Part shown: one piece after another, positions 1-10,756 of the stretch
How positions within the stretch are numbered: the first letter of the stretch is position 1
Layout: every line of letters begins with the position of its first letter
Assembly: GCA_019637585.1 (NCBI GenBank)
Contig: JAHBVL010000003.1
Coordinates: forward strand, 27,827-91,826
DNA from: Thermomicrobiales bacterium
GTDB lineage: Bacteria; Chloroflexota; Chloroflexia; Thermomicrobiales; UBA6265
Length of the DNA: 64,000 nt
Direction of reading: 5' to 3'
Translations under genes and position numbers: made by a program
The notes under the pieces: model-generated
Databases searched by the model: none
What the model saw: the letters and a program-made list of their open reading frames with translations, nothing else
Told to the model about the DNA's origin: nothing

Positions 1-1
1 T

Positions 2-373
2 CCGGTCCACACCTGGCCCGCAGCAAGGCTGGCCGGTCGCCTCGAACGGCTTTCCACATTTCCGGAGCAGACCGGCCGCGAGATTCTGGAGCGGATCGAC
101 AGCATCGCCGGCCGGGTCGAGGACGCATTCTGGCTGACCGGCTCAGCCGATCCCGGCAGCATCATTTCGACGCTTCATCACCTGATGCAGAATGGGAATC
201 TGCGACTCGGGCTCATCAGCGACGGCAGGTCAGTTCACGCCATTTCCCGGTCGGAGGTCATGTCGGTCGCCGTTGATCGCCCTCCCCTGCCGGCTGCGCT
301 GTTGAGTTCGGTCGTCTATGCCACCGCCTGCCGGCTCGACCCGGCAGCGGCGATCGAGTTTGTTATGTCGTGA
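2..373 (+). CDS. 3' end of a CDS of unknown function that continues upstream of the window
   Basis: Frame 2 is open from base 2 to the TGA at 371-373 (the 185..373 ORF track extends it upstream without stops); I recognise no family. Confidence 0.4.
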   Translation, partial: PVHTWPAARLAGRLERLSTFPEQTGREILERIDSIAGRVEDAFWLTGSADPGSIISTLHHLMQNGNLRLGLISDGRSVHAISRSEVMSVAVDRPPLPAALLSSVVYATACRLDPAAAIEFVMS

Positions 374-1568
374 GGAGCGCTGCACGAATCTCCTCCTGAA
401 CGTCAGCATCCGATTCGGCCCGCAACGCCCGGTCGAGCGCGCTCCGGCTCGTCTGACCGTCCAGTCTCCCCAACGCCCACGCCGCATGGCCCCGCACCAG
501 TGGTTCGTCATGCGCGCGCAACGCCTCAACCAGTATTGGAACGACGGCTCGATCGCCGGCGTTCCCCATCGCCACCGCGGCATTGCGGGCCAGTCCACGC
601 CGTTTGGTCCGCAGCACCGCCGTTCCGGCGTAGACAGCGCGAAACTCCTCTTCGCTCATGCGGAGCAACCATTCGAGGCGCGGGAATCGGTTCTCTTCGG
701 ATCTGGGGGAGAAATCGGGATCATCGACGATGGCCGCGGCGCCGGTGTATGGGCAAACCTCCTGGCAGACATCACACCCGAACACCCAATCGCCGAGCAG
801 GGGCCGAATCTCCCGGGGAATCGCGCCCCGTTGCTCGATGGTCTGAAATGACAGGCAGCGTGGCGCATCGACGATGTAGGGCGCCACGATCGCGCCGGTC
901 GGGCAACGATCGAGACAGCGCGAACACGAACCACAGTCGCGGTCCAGTGGCGCCGACTTCTCGATCGCCACGTCGACAAATGCCTCCCCAAGCATCACCC
1001 AGGAGCCATGACCAGGCACGATGACGCAGCTGTGCTTGCCATACCAGCCCAAACCGGATCGGACGGCTGCAGCCCGGTCGACCGTTCGCGCCGTGTCCGA
1101 GAGCAACCGGCTCTCGACCGGTCTACCGACCAACACTTCCAGCAACGAGAGAAAGAGCTGCAGCCGTTTTCGGAAGACTCTGTGGTAATCGATTCCCCAC
1201 GCATACCGCGAGATTCGTCCTCTCGGCACATCGTCCGGTTTTTCGGCCGGCCCGCTGAAATAGGGAATACCCAGCGAGACGATCGAGCGAGCGTTGTCGT
1301 GCAGCGCCCGCGGATCGGCAGCCACCTCGGCCCGGGCATGGTCGAACCAGTCGAGACCGGTCAGATGCCCGGCATCGATATGCCCTTCCAGCATGGCCCG
1401 CAATCCGGGATAGGGATCGGCGGTGGTGACCGCCGCCACAACGAATCCCGCTTCGGCGGCAAGCGTTCGGATATCGTCGAGGCTTACCTCGGGTTCGAAC
1501 GACAGTGGAGCAGGCTGCGACCACGGAGCCGAAGCAAACCGGGTCTTCCCATGCGAATGGGCTGTCAT
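363..1568 (-). CDS. queG: tRNA epoxyqueuosine reductase QueG
   Basis: 401-aa ORF with two 4Fe-4S ferredoxin-like Cys motifs (CGSCSRCLDRCP, CDVCQEVCP) and C-terminal HEAT-like repeats, typical of QueG. Confidence 0.8.
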   Translation of the reverse strand: MTAHSHGKTRFASAPWSQPAPLSFEPEVSLDDIRTLAAEAGFVVAAVTTADPYPGLRAMLEGHIDAGHLTGLDWFDHARAEVAADPRALHDNARSIVSLGIPYFSGPAEKPDDVPRGRISRYAWGIDYHRVFRKRLQLFLSLLEVLVGRPVESRLLSDTARTVDRAAAVRSGLGWYGKHSCVIVPGHGSWVMLGEAFVDVAIEKSAPLDRDCGSCSRCLDRCPTGAIVAPYIVDAPRCLSFQTIEQRGAIPREIRPLLGDWVFGCDVCQEVCPYTGAAAIVDDPDFSPRSEENRFPRLEWLLRMSEEEFRAVYAGTAVLRTKRRGLARNAAVAMGNAGDRAVVPILVEALRAHDEPLVRGHAAWALGRLDGQTSRSALDRALRAESDADVQEEIRAALLTT

Positions 1569-1632
1569 GTGGGTGAAACAAGAATCGGGTCGCCAACCGG
1601 CGACCCGATATCACAGAACGTGGGGAAGAGGA

Positions 1633-1821
1633 TTAGCGTCCGGCCTTCAGTGCCGTCCGCATGCAGCGGGTGCACATCTTCACCGAGCGAGTCTGGCCAT
1701 CGACGACGACACGGCGATTCTGGACATTCGCGCTGAACGTCCGGTTGGTGCGTCGCTTCGAGTGACTCACATTGTGGCCAAAGCTCTTCGTTTTTCCGCA
1801 GATCTCGCATGCTCCGGCCAT
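1633..1821 (-). CDS. rpmB: 50S ribosomal protein L28
   Basis: 62-aa ORF with CEICGK...CTRC zinc-ribbon pattern and basic composition typical of L28; GAGGGAG RBS upstream. Confidence 0.85.
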   Translation of the reverse strand: MAGACEICGKTKSFGHNVSHSKRRTNRTFSANVQNRRVVVDGQTRSVKMCTRCMRTALKAGR

Positions 1822-1998
1822 CGTGCCGCTCCCTCATCGGCGCGGACACCTCCGCGCAAAGCCATGAATTGCAACGTCAACGCACCCGGAAACGGGCGCG
1901 AACACTGGATTTTACCCGCAGGGAGAGGAGGATTCAAGGGAATTGGGAATTAGTAGCTGGTAACTGGCAGCTGGTCATTGAGAAGCGGGAGCCGCCGC

Positions 1999-2076
1999 CT
2001 GCTGCCGACTGCTGACTGCTGACTGCCGACTGCTGACTGCTGACTACCGACTGCCGACTGCCGACTGCCGACTGCT
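1999..2076. repeat. Tandem heptanucleotide array (ctgccga/ctgctga, about 11 units), preceded by a second heptamer run (agctggt, 1954-1980)
   Basis: Direct reading: ctgctgccgactgctgactgctgactgccgactgctgactgctgactaccgactgccgactgccgactgccgactgct. Confidence 0.8.
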
Positions 2077-2085
2077 AAAGTACAC

Positions 2086-4575
2086 TTGTTCGGTTATCAA
2101 CGGCCCCGACCTGTCTCTGAAGTTGTGCCACCACCAACCCGCACCTCCACTCCACCCAATCGAACGCTCACCCAGTCCTTGACCGACGCGCTCACCCTGT
2201 TGCGCGAGGAGTGGCGCGACGACTTCCGCGGCGCATATGCGTCTCGCGCGGTGAGGGCGATCCAGCATGCCCAGTCATTGACTTCCGACCAGGATCTCGC
2301 CTATGCCCTGGCCCGCGTCGAAGCGCAGATCGACACCTACATCGGCACACCGATCGATCAACGACAGCCACGACTGACGCCGATCGGCAACGAGATCAAA
2401 GCGATCCAGAAAAGAGTTACGTCCCGCAAGCCGGTCGCGCGCGCGCCCCAGGTCGCGGAGCCGGCAGTTCGCAAACCACGCCCTGCCGCGCGCCATCTCG
2501 ATCCGGAATCGCCCGTCGAGGTCCTGCCGAGGGTTGGACCTGTGGTTGCCAAAAAACTGGCCAAGCTCGGAATTCGCACCATCAGTGATGTTCTCCGCGA
2601 CGTTCCGCGGCGCCATATCGACTACTCCCAGATCATGAGCATCCGCGACGCCTCGAGTTTCGGCCGGCGCGGCGATGTGACGATCCGCGCCAGGATCGAA
2701 GAGATCACGCCGTACACCGGACCACCCGCTCGCGTGTCCGTGCGGCTCTCGGATCAGACCGGCGCGATGCGCGTCACCTGGTTCAACCGATATCTGGTCA
2801 ACCAACTGAAGATCGGCGACGAGATCGCCGTCAGTGGCACGGTCGAAGCGGCTTATAACGTGCCCAGCATGACCAATCCGGAATGGGAACGGTATGGCGA
2901 GACCCTCCTCTCGACCGGCCGGATGACTCCCGTCTACAACCTGACCCAGGGCGTCGCCCAGAAAACGATGCGGTCACTGAGCCGGGCGGCACTCGACTCG
3001 ACCCGCGCGACTGTCGCCGATCCCCTTCCCGCCGGCATTCGCGAACGCTTCGGCCTGATGCCCCTTGCCGCCGCCTACGAGGAAGCCCACTACCCGCAAT
3101 CAGAGCTGAACCGCCAGCAGGCAATCAAACGACTGGCCTTCGACGAACTCTTTCTCCTCCAGTTGGGCATGGTGCGGGTCAAGCAGAGTCGGGCTACCCG
3201 CAATGCGCCGACCTTCCGCATCGACGGCCACCTGCTGCAGAACTTTCGGCAGTCGCTGCCATTCGAGCTGACGACAGCCCAGAATCGCGCCCTTGAGGAG
3301 GTTCTGGTCGACCTGGCGTCCGGGAACCCGATGATGCGACTCCTGCAGGGAGACGTAGGCAGCGGCAAAACGGTCGTCGCGGCGATCGCGGCGCTGGTCG
3401 CCACAGACAACGGCATGCAGGCGGCGCTGATGTCCCCCACCGAGATCCTGGCCGAGCAACATGCCGCCACGTTCACGCGGCTCTACGAATCGATGCCCAT
3501 CGAAAGCAGACCGCGCGTGGGTTTGCTCACAGGCAGCGTTCCGGCCAAGCGCCGGCGGGAACTTCTCGCCGCGCTGGAAGATGGCGAGCTCGATATCCTG
3601 ATCGGCACGCAGGCGCTCATTCAGAAAGGGGTCGAATTCGGCAGTCTTGGATTGCTGATTGTCGACGAGCAGCACCGGTTTGGCGTCAGGCAACGCGCCC
3701 ATCTGCTTGCGGAACGAGACGGACTGGTTCCGCACGTCCTGGCCATGACCGCCACACCGATCCCCCGCACCCTGAACATGGTCCTCAACGGCGACACCGA
3801 GGTCTCGGTGATCGACCAGCTGCCTTCCGGACGTGTGCCGATCGAAACGCGCCGCTACACGCCCGACGAACGAGCGGCCGCCTACGACCTGGTTCGCACC
3901 GAAGTGGCGGCAGGGAGGCAGGTCTTCGTCATCTGCCCGCTGGTGGAAGAATCAGAAACATCGGACGCCAAAGCCGCGACGGCGGAAGCCGAACGGCTTC
4001 AGACCCAGGTTTTCCCGGAGCTGCGCGTCCAGGTGCTCCACGGCCGGATGCCGGCGAAGGAAAAGGACCGGATCATGACTGCTTTTCGCCATCAGGAGTT
4101 CGACATCCTGGTTTCGACATCGGTGATCGAGGTCGGCATCGACATTCCGAACGCCACGATCATGATGATCGAGGGCGCCAACCACTTCGGGCTGGCCCAG
4201 CTGCATCAGTTCCGGGGTCGGGTCGGCCGGGGCTCCCATCGATCCTACTGCTTGCTGATCGCTGATGATTCCTCCAACGACGCTGAACAGCGTCTGAGGA
4301 TGATGGTCGCGTCGAACGACGGTTTCGCCCTGGCCCAGAAGGACCTCGAGCTGCGCGGTCCGGGTGATTTCGTCGGAACGCGGCAAAGCGGGCTGCCGGA
4401 AATGCCGATCATGGCTGGTTCGTTCGATACTCGTGTTCTCGACGCGGCTCGGCGGGCTGCCGAGATGCTCCTGAAAGCCGATCCGGAGCTGGCGTCCGAG
4501 GAGCTGGCGCTCCTCCGTCAGCGGCTGGCGGCTTTTTGGGCGGACGCGGCGCCAGACATGCCGATGAGTACCTGA
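2086..4575 (+). CDS. recG: ATP-dependent DNA helicase RecG
   Basis: 829-aa ORF; Walker A LLQGDVGSGKTVVAAIAALVA, DEQHRFGV motif, wedge-like domain, C-terminal helicase motifs (QFRGRVGRG). About 140-aa Pro/Arg-rich N-terminal extension; the ORF-track start at 2086 is TTG, so the true start is uncertain. Confidence 0.85.
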   Translation: MFGYQRPRPVSEVVPPPTRTSTPPNRTLTQSLTDALTLLREEWRDDFRGAYASRAVRAIQHAQSLTSDQDLAYALARVEAQIDTYIGTPIDQRQPRLTPIGNEIKAIQKRVTSRKPVARAPQVAEPAVRKPRPAARHLDPESPVEVLPRVGPVVAKKLAKLGIRTISDVLRDVPRRHIDYSQIMSIRDASSFGRRGDVTIRARIEEITPYTGPPARVSVRLSDQTGAMRVTWFNRYLVNQLKIGDEIAVSGTVEAAYNVPSMTNPEWERYGETLLSTGRMTPVYNLTQGVAQKTMRSLSRAALDSTRATVADPLPAGIRERFGLMPLAAAYEEAHYPQSELNRQQAIKRLAFDELFLLQLGMVRVKQSRATRNAPTFRIDGHLLQNFRQSLPFELTTAQNRALEEVLVDLASGNPMMRLLQGDVGSGKTVVAAIAALVATDNGMQAALMSPTEILAEQHAATFTRLYESMPIESRPRVGLLTGSVPAKRRRELLAALEDGELDILIGTQALIQKGVEFGSLGLLIVDEQHRFGVRQRAHLLAERDGLVPHVLAMTATPIPRTLNMVLNGDTEVSVIDQLPSGRVPIETRRYTPDERAAAYDLVRTEVAAGRQVFVICPLVEESETSDAKAATAEAERLQTQVFPELRVQVLHGRMPAKEKDRIMTAFRHQEFDILVSTSVIEVGIDIPNATIMMIEGANHFGLAQLHQFRGRVGRGSHRSYCLLIADDSSNDAEQRLRMMVASNDGFALAQKDLELRGPGDFVGTRQSGLPEMPIMAGSFDTRVLDAARRAAEMLLKADPELASEELALLRQRLAAFWADAAPDMPMST

Positions 4576-4588
4576 GGAAACAGACCAG

Positions 4589-5182
4589 ATGGGACGCGTA
4601 ATCGCCGGATCGGCTCGTGGCAGACGGCTGAAAGGCCCACCCAGCAACCTGACCCGTCCGATGTCGGACAAGGTCAGGGAAGCCCTGTTCGCCGTTTTGA
4701 CATCGATGGGCGCCGAGCCGGTTCGGGTGCTCGATCTCTACGCCGGCACTGGCGCGATCGGGATCGAAGCGCTGTCGCGAGGCGCGGACTTCGCCGATTT
4801 CGTCGACCACCAGAAAGCCGCTTGCGCTGTCATTCGCGACAATCTGGAGATCGCCAAACTCGCCGAGCAGGGCGCCGTCCATTGCCTGTCGATCGATCAG
4901 GTCTTCCGGCGGCTCAAGGGACCATACGACCTGGTGATTCTCGACCCGCCCTATGCAGCGCCAGACATCGAGGCTCAGCTCGGACATCTGGCCGCATCGT
5001 CACTGTTACAATCGGACGCACTGGTCGCATTGGGCCACTGGCCCCGCCTGGAGCTGCCGGAACAGATCGGACGGCTCACCCTCTTGCGCAGGCGTTGTCA
5101 CGGCGACAGCTGCTTTTCGATCTTCGCCGTCGAAGCATCGCCCGGGACGGACGAGACCACCAACGAGGCGCGAGATTCATGA
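4589..5182 (+). CDS. rsmD: 16S rRNA (guanine966-N2)-methyltransferase RsmD
   Basis: 197-aa ORF with LDLYAGTGAIGIEALSRGA SAM-binding motif and DPPY motif characteristic of RsmD. Confidence 0.85.
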   Translation: MGRVIAGSARGRRLKGPPSNLTRPMSDKVREALFAVLTSMGAEPVRVLDLYAGTGAIGIEALSRGADFADFVDHQKAACAVIRDNLEIAKLAEQGAVHCLSIDQVFRRLKGPYDLVILDPPYAAPDIEAQLGHLAASSLLQSDALVALGHWPRLELPEQIGRLTLLRRRCHGDSCFSIFAVEASPGTDETTNEARDS

Positions 5183-5679
5183 CGAACGCGGTCTATCCTG
5201 GCAGTTTCGATCCCATCACACTCGGTCACGTCGATCTCGCCACACGGGCGGCGCGGCTCTTCGAGCATGTGACCGTCGGCATCTATACGCGATCGCAAAA
5301 ACCGGGCGCTCTTTTCGACCCGGAGAGACGGCTGAGCATGGCGCAGGATGCCCTGGCCCACATTCCGAACATCACCGTCGACAGCTTTTCCGGACTCACC
5401 GTCGATTTCGCTCGCGAGCATGGCGCCTCCGTGATCGTGCGGGGTTTGCGCGCTGTTTCCGACTTCGAATATGAGTTCAAGCTCACCCACATGAACCACC
5501 ACCTGGCCCCGGACATTGAAGTCGTCTGTCTGATGACCTCGTCGAAGCACTCTTTCGTCAGCTCCAGCTTCATTCGCGAGGTGGCCTCGCTGGGTGGCGA
5601 CGTGTCCGCGCTCGTACCGGGCAATGTGAATCTGGCGCTTCAGGAGCGTTTTGGCCTGCTTGCACCGGTTGGAGATTGA
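5179..5679 (+). CDS. coaD: Phosphopantetheine adenylyltransferase CoaD
   Basis: MTNAVYPGSFDPITLGHVDL N-terminus (T/HxGH nucleotidyltransferase motif); ATG at 5179 overlaps the rsmD stop (ATGA). The longer 4822..5679 ORF is an upstream in-frame artefact. Confidence 0.9.
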   Translation: MTNAVYPGSFDPITLGHVDLATRAARLFEHVTVGIYTRSQKPGALFDPERRLSMAQDALAHIPNITVDSFSGLTVDFAREHGASVIVRGLRAVSDFEYEFKLTHMNHHLAPDIEVVCLMTSSKHSFVSSSFIREVASLGGDVSALVPGNVNLALQERFGLLAPVGD

Positions 5680-5683
5680 GGGG

Positions 5684-6226
5684 ATGGACGCACCACGCCA
5701 GGCCAGACCAACCGAGGGTTTCGACGTCGAACCACATCCCGAAGAAGGCACGGCGGAGATCCTCTACGTCCTCGATCAGCTCGAGGACATGGTCGGCGTC
5801 AGCAAGCGGGTGCCGTTCAGCAACAAGGTCATGGTCGAGGAGGAGTTCTTTCTCGATCTCGTCGAACAGCTGCGCATCGCCATCCCGAACGAGGTCAGGC
5901 AGGCGCAGCGAGTCGTTCGCGACCGGGAGAGGATCATTGCCGAAGCGCAAATGGAAGCATCGCGCATTGTCGAAGCCGCCCGATCGCGGGCTGAATACCT
6001 GATCTCCGAACACGGCATCCTCAACGAAGCGCGCCAGCGCGCCGAGGATCTGCTCGAACAGGCCGAAGAGCGGAAGAAACGCGAGCTCGGCGAAATCGAC
6101 GTCTATGCCATGGAGCAGTTCAACCACGTCTCCCAGGCAATCCAGGATGGCCTGGACATCGTCGAGCGCGCCCTCCACGACACACTGGCCGAGATCGACC
6201 GCGCCAGGAATAGCGTCGGACGGTGA
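5684..6226 (+). CDS. Hypothetical coiled-coil protein (possibly DivIVA-like); function unknown
   Basis: ORF with GAGGGG RBS before the ATG at 5684; acidic N-terminus then a long Glu/Arg/Ala-rich helical region; no confident family assignment. Confidence 0.5.
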   Translation: MDAPRQARPTEGFDVEPHPEEGTAEILYVLDQLEDMVGVSKRVPFSNKVMVEEEFFLDLVEQLRIAIPNEVRQAQRVVRDRERIIAEAQMEASRIVEAARSRAEYLISEHGILNEARQRAEDLLEQAEERKKRELGEIDVYAMEQFNHVSQAIQDGLDIVERALHDTLAEIDRARNSVGR

Positions 6227-6232
6227 CGGGGC

Positions 6233-6349
6233 GGAGTCCGAGGTCCGGAGTCCGAAGTCCGTTGTCCGTTGTCCGTTGTCCGTTGTCCGTAGAAGCTTGG
6301 TTTCCCGGCGCATGTCGCCTGCTCGGGACTTCGGACTTCGGACTTCGGG
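6233..6349. repeat. Inverted pair of heptamer arrays (ggagtcc/gaagtcc/gttgtcc x8, and ggacttc x3) forming a long hairpin just after the stop of the coiled-coil gene
   Basis: Direct reading; gaagtcc units at 6233-6290 are complementary to ggacttc units at 6326-6346; a degenerate CC-rich heptamer run continues to about 6420. Confidence 0.85.
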
Positions 6350-6530
6350 CCAAATCTCCTCTCCGCCTTCCCGCCCATTCGCCTTTCCGCCTCCGTCCGT
6401 CTTGCCGACTCGCCGTCTCGTCCGTATACTTCCATTTCCTCGTCGGGCTCAGGTCCGGCGTTTTTTCCGTGGGTGACGAGCTGAACACCGGCGCGGCGTA
6501 CGTCGCGGCTGCACCTCCGGTTGGCACGAA

Positions 6531-7064
6531 GTGATGACGGGCATGGAACTCCAGAACGACACAGTGATCAACGTCGCCGCGTTGCTCCGCGAGCCGATGG
6601 GCGCCGCGCGCTCCCTCGACCTGCATCTGGAATCGCTGCCGCTCGACGACGTGCTGGTCGCCAGGGATTTCGAAGGGCAGATCCGGCTCACCCGGCTGTC
6701 CGACGACATTCTGGCGTCCATCAACGGGACGACAGCGGTGGAGCTCGAATGCCAGCGCTGCCTGGAACCCTTCATCCAGCCTGTGCAGGTGAAGTTTTCC
6801 CAGGAGTTTCGGATCGCGTACGATGTGCGCACCGGCGCCGGGCTTGCTGGTGAAACCGAGGAAGAGGACGAAGAGTTCGAAATCTCGGCTAATCACGAAC
6901 TCGACTTCCGGGAGCCGCTTCGGCAGGAAATCCTGATCGAGCTGCCCATGCGCCCCTCATGTGGCGAAAACTGCCCCGGACCGCCTCAGGTGGAACGGGG
7001 AGACGAAGACGAATCTATCGATGAGCGATTCGCCGCACTGTCGGCCCTGCTCGACGACGAATAG
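6531..7064 (+). CDS. yceD: YceD/DUF177 family protein (large ribosomal subunit accumulation protein)
   Basis: CQRCLEPF and C-terminal acidic region with SCGENCPG motif; lies immediately upstream of rpmF, the conserved yceD-rpmF arrangement. Confidence 0.8.
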   Translation: MMTGMELQNDTVINVAALLREPMGAARSLDLHLESLPLDDVLVARDFEGQIRLTRLSDDILASINGTTAVELECQRCLEPFIQPVQVKFSQEFRIAYDVRTGAGLAGETEEEDEEFEISANHELDFREPLRQEILIELPMRPSCGENCPGPPQVERGDEDESIDERFAALSALLDDE

Positions 7065-7114
7065 GAAGATCGCGGGTCGCGTGGGCGCCCCGCCGGCAAA
7101 GGAGTCAATGAACC

Positions 7115-7315
7115 ATGGGTGCACTTCCCAAACAACGAATCAGCCGGCACCGGCAGGGCAATCGACGCCGGCATATCTTTCTGACCGCTCCTGAGCTGGT
7201 CACCTGCCCGACCTGCCGCGAAATGCGCCGGTCGCACCATGTCTGCCCGAACTGCGGCTACTACCGGGGCCGTCAGGTTCTGGTCATCGAAGAGCGCCGG
7301 CGCGTATCCGAGTAG
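7115..7315 (+). CDS. rpmF: 50S ribosomal protein L32
   Basis: 66-aa ORF, GALPKQRISRHRQGNRRRH N-terminus and CPTC...CPNCGYY zinc ribbon typical of L32. Confidence 0.9.
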   Translation: MGALPKQRISRHRQGNRRRHIFLTAPELVTCPTCREMRRSHHVCPNCGYYRGRQVLVIEERRRVSE

Positions 7316-7329
7316 TCCTGCGTTTTCGA

Positions 7330-7368
7330 GCCGCGCCGCCCGAACTGCGGCGCGGCTTTGTTGTGTTT
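7330..7368 (+). terminator. Candidate intrinsic terminator after rpmF
   Basis: GC stem gccgcgccgc / gcggcgcggc with 7-nt loop followed by tttgttgtgttt. Confidence 0.5.
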
Positions 7369-7448
7369 GCTGGCCGAATTCGGGCCGCCACAACACCCTC
7401 TCCCGCCGGACAGGGCATAATTGCCGCTGAAGGTGGGATCTGAGAGAC

Positions 7449-8501
7449 ATGATGCAACACGCTGCGATCACTGGTTGGGGAATGGCCGTTCCGGAGCGCG
7501 TGCTCACGAACGCCGATCTCGAACGCATGGTCGACACCTCAGACGAATGGATCCTCAGCCGCACGGGTATCCGCGAGCGGCGGGTGGTCGGTCCGCGTGA
7601 CACGACGACCTCGCTCTCCGTCGCCGCGGCACGGCAGGCGCTCGAAACGGCCGGACTGACCGCCGACGATCTCGATCTGATCGTGGTCGCCACCTGCACC
7701 CCTGACCAGTTTCTCGTCTCGGAAGCCTGCCTGGTGCAGGGAGAGCTCGGCGGCAACGCCGCGGCGTTCGATCTCGGCGCGGCCTGCGCCGGATTCGTTT
7801 ACGCCCTCTCGACAGCGACGCAGTTCATCCGCTCGGGCGTCTATCAACGCGTCCTGGTGATCGGCGCCGACACCCTGACCCGATTCGTCGACTACTCCGA
7901 CCGCTCCACCTGCATTCTCTTCGGCGACGGAGCGGGCGCGGTCATCCTGGAAGCATCGGACGAGCCGCGCGGCATGCTTTCGACCGTTCTCGGCGCCGAT
8001 GGCGCTGGTTACAAGCACCTCTACATTCCCGGCTGGGGAGCGTTCGTCCCGGAATCGGCGGGGATCTTCCCGGAGTACCGGCCATACCTGCAGATGAATG
8101 GCCGCGAGGTCTTCCGCTTCGCCGTCACAGCCATGGGGGACGCGGCGGTCGAGTCGGTGTCCAAAGCCGGTCTCGAATTCGACGACATCGACATGCTCAT
8201 TCCCCATCAGGCGAATCTGCGGATCATCGACGCGGCGGCTCGCCGCCTGAATCTGCCGATGGAGAAGGTGTGGGTAAATCTCGACCGATACGGAAACACC
8301 TCCGCCGCGTCGATTCCGATCGCGCTGGTGGAAGCACAGCTGGCCGGCAAACTCTCCGAGGGAGCCAATATCGTCTTCGTCGCGTTCGGCGGCGGTCTGG
8401 CCTGGGCGGCCAGCGTTGTCCGGTGGGGCGTGGCAGGCGTCAGTCGCCTGGCCAGAAAAACGGATGACACACGAGTCGTCGCTGCCGCCGCAGCGTCGTA
8501 G
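7449..8501 (+). CDS. fabH: 3-oxoacyl-ACP synthase III (FabH)
   Basis: 350-aa ORF; AITGWGMAVPERVLTNADLERMVDTSDEWILSRTGIRERR N-terminus and C-terminal motifs (NTSAASIP, AFGGGL) typical of KAS III. Confidence 0.9.
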   Translation: MMQHAAITGWGMAVPERVLTNADLERMVDTSDEWILSRTGIRERRVVGPRDTTTSLSVAAARQALETAGLTADDLDLIVVATCTPDQFLVSEACLVQGELGGNAAAFDLGAACAGFVYALSTATQFIRSGVYQRVLVIGADTLTRFVDYSDRSTCILFGDGAGAVILEASDEPRGMLSTVLGADGAGYKHLYIPGWGAFVPESAGIFPEYRPYLQMNGREVFRFAVTAMGDAAVESVSKAGLEFDDIDMLIPHQANLRIIDAAARRLNLPMEKVWVNLDRYGNTSAASIPIALVEAQLAGKLSEGANIVFVAFGGGLAWAASVVRWGVAGVSRLARKTDDTRVVAAAAAS

Positions 8502-8518
8502 GGCAGAAAAAGGAGACC

Positions 8519-9268
8519 TTGGTGACTGAGGGCAGCAGAGTTGCGGTGATCACCGGAGGCACCCGCGGGATCGGTCTGGCGATCGCCAGGCGACTGGCCA
8601 ATGATGGGTTCGACCTGGTGCTTTCCTATCGCGGAGACAAGGAAGTCGCCGAAGCGGCGGGACAGGAACTCTCGTCGACCGGGCGCAAGGTGCACGTCCT
8701 CGCCTCTGATGTGGCCGATGCCGACAGCGCCGGTTCACTCATCGAGCACACCGTGAACGAGTTCGGCAAGATCGACGCCCTTATCAACAATGCCGGCATC
8801 ACTCGTGACACGCTGATCATGCGCATGTCCGAAGAGGACTGGGATACCGTCCTGACCACCAACCTGAAGGGCGCATTTCTCTGCTCGAAAGCGGCGATCC
8901 GGCCGATGCTGCGTCAGCGGTCCGGACGCATCGTCAACATGACCTCAGTCGTCGGTCTGGTCGGTAACGCCGGACAGGCCAACTACGCCGCCGCCAAAGC
9001 GGGACTGGTGGGCCTGACGAAATCGACCGCGAAAGAGGTAGGCTCGCGCGGCATCACGGTCAACGCCATCGCGCCTGGGTTCATCGAAACCCGGCTAACC
9101 GACGTGCTTTCGGATGAAATCAAGGAAACCCTGCTCAAAACCGTGCCGCTCGGCCGCTTTGGCACGCCGGAGGACGTCTCCGGCGCGGTTGCGTTTCTCC
9201 TCTCCCCCGATGCGGCTTACATCACCGGTCACGTGCTGACGATCGATGGCGGCCTCTTCATGGCCTGA
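8519..9268 (+). CDS. fabG: 3-oxoacyl-ACP reductase FabG (SDR family)
   Basis: 249-aa SDR; TGGTRGIGLAIA Rossmann motif, NNAG, YAAAKAG catalytic motif; position next to fabH. Confidence 0.85.
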   Translation: MVTEGSRVAVITGGTRGIGLAIARRLANDGFDLVLSYRGDKEVAEAAGQELSSTGRKVHVLASDVADADSAGSLIEHTVNEFGKIDALINNAGITRDTLIMRMSEEDWDTVLTTNLKGAFLCSKAAIRPMLRQRSGRIVNMTSVVGLVGNAGQANYAAAKAGLVGLTKSTAKEVGSRGITVNAIAPGFIETRLTDVLSDEIKETLLKTVPLGRFGTPEDVSGAVAFLLSPDAAYITGHVLTIDGGLFMA

Positions 9269-9300
9269 ACGCCACCAACGCGCGTCTGAGAAGGGCAACC

Positions 9301-10692
<1,392 letters not shown>

Positions 10693-10756
10693 TGGGATAC
10701 TGGCACGTCGCGGCGAGGACTGGAGTCTCCAGTCAAATGAGCCGCTGCCGCGCCGG

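Noticed and set aside
4822-5679. 285-aa extended coaD ORF
   Set aside because: The N-terminal 119 codons overlap rsmD in another frame; CoaD homology begins at ATG 5179.
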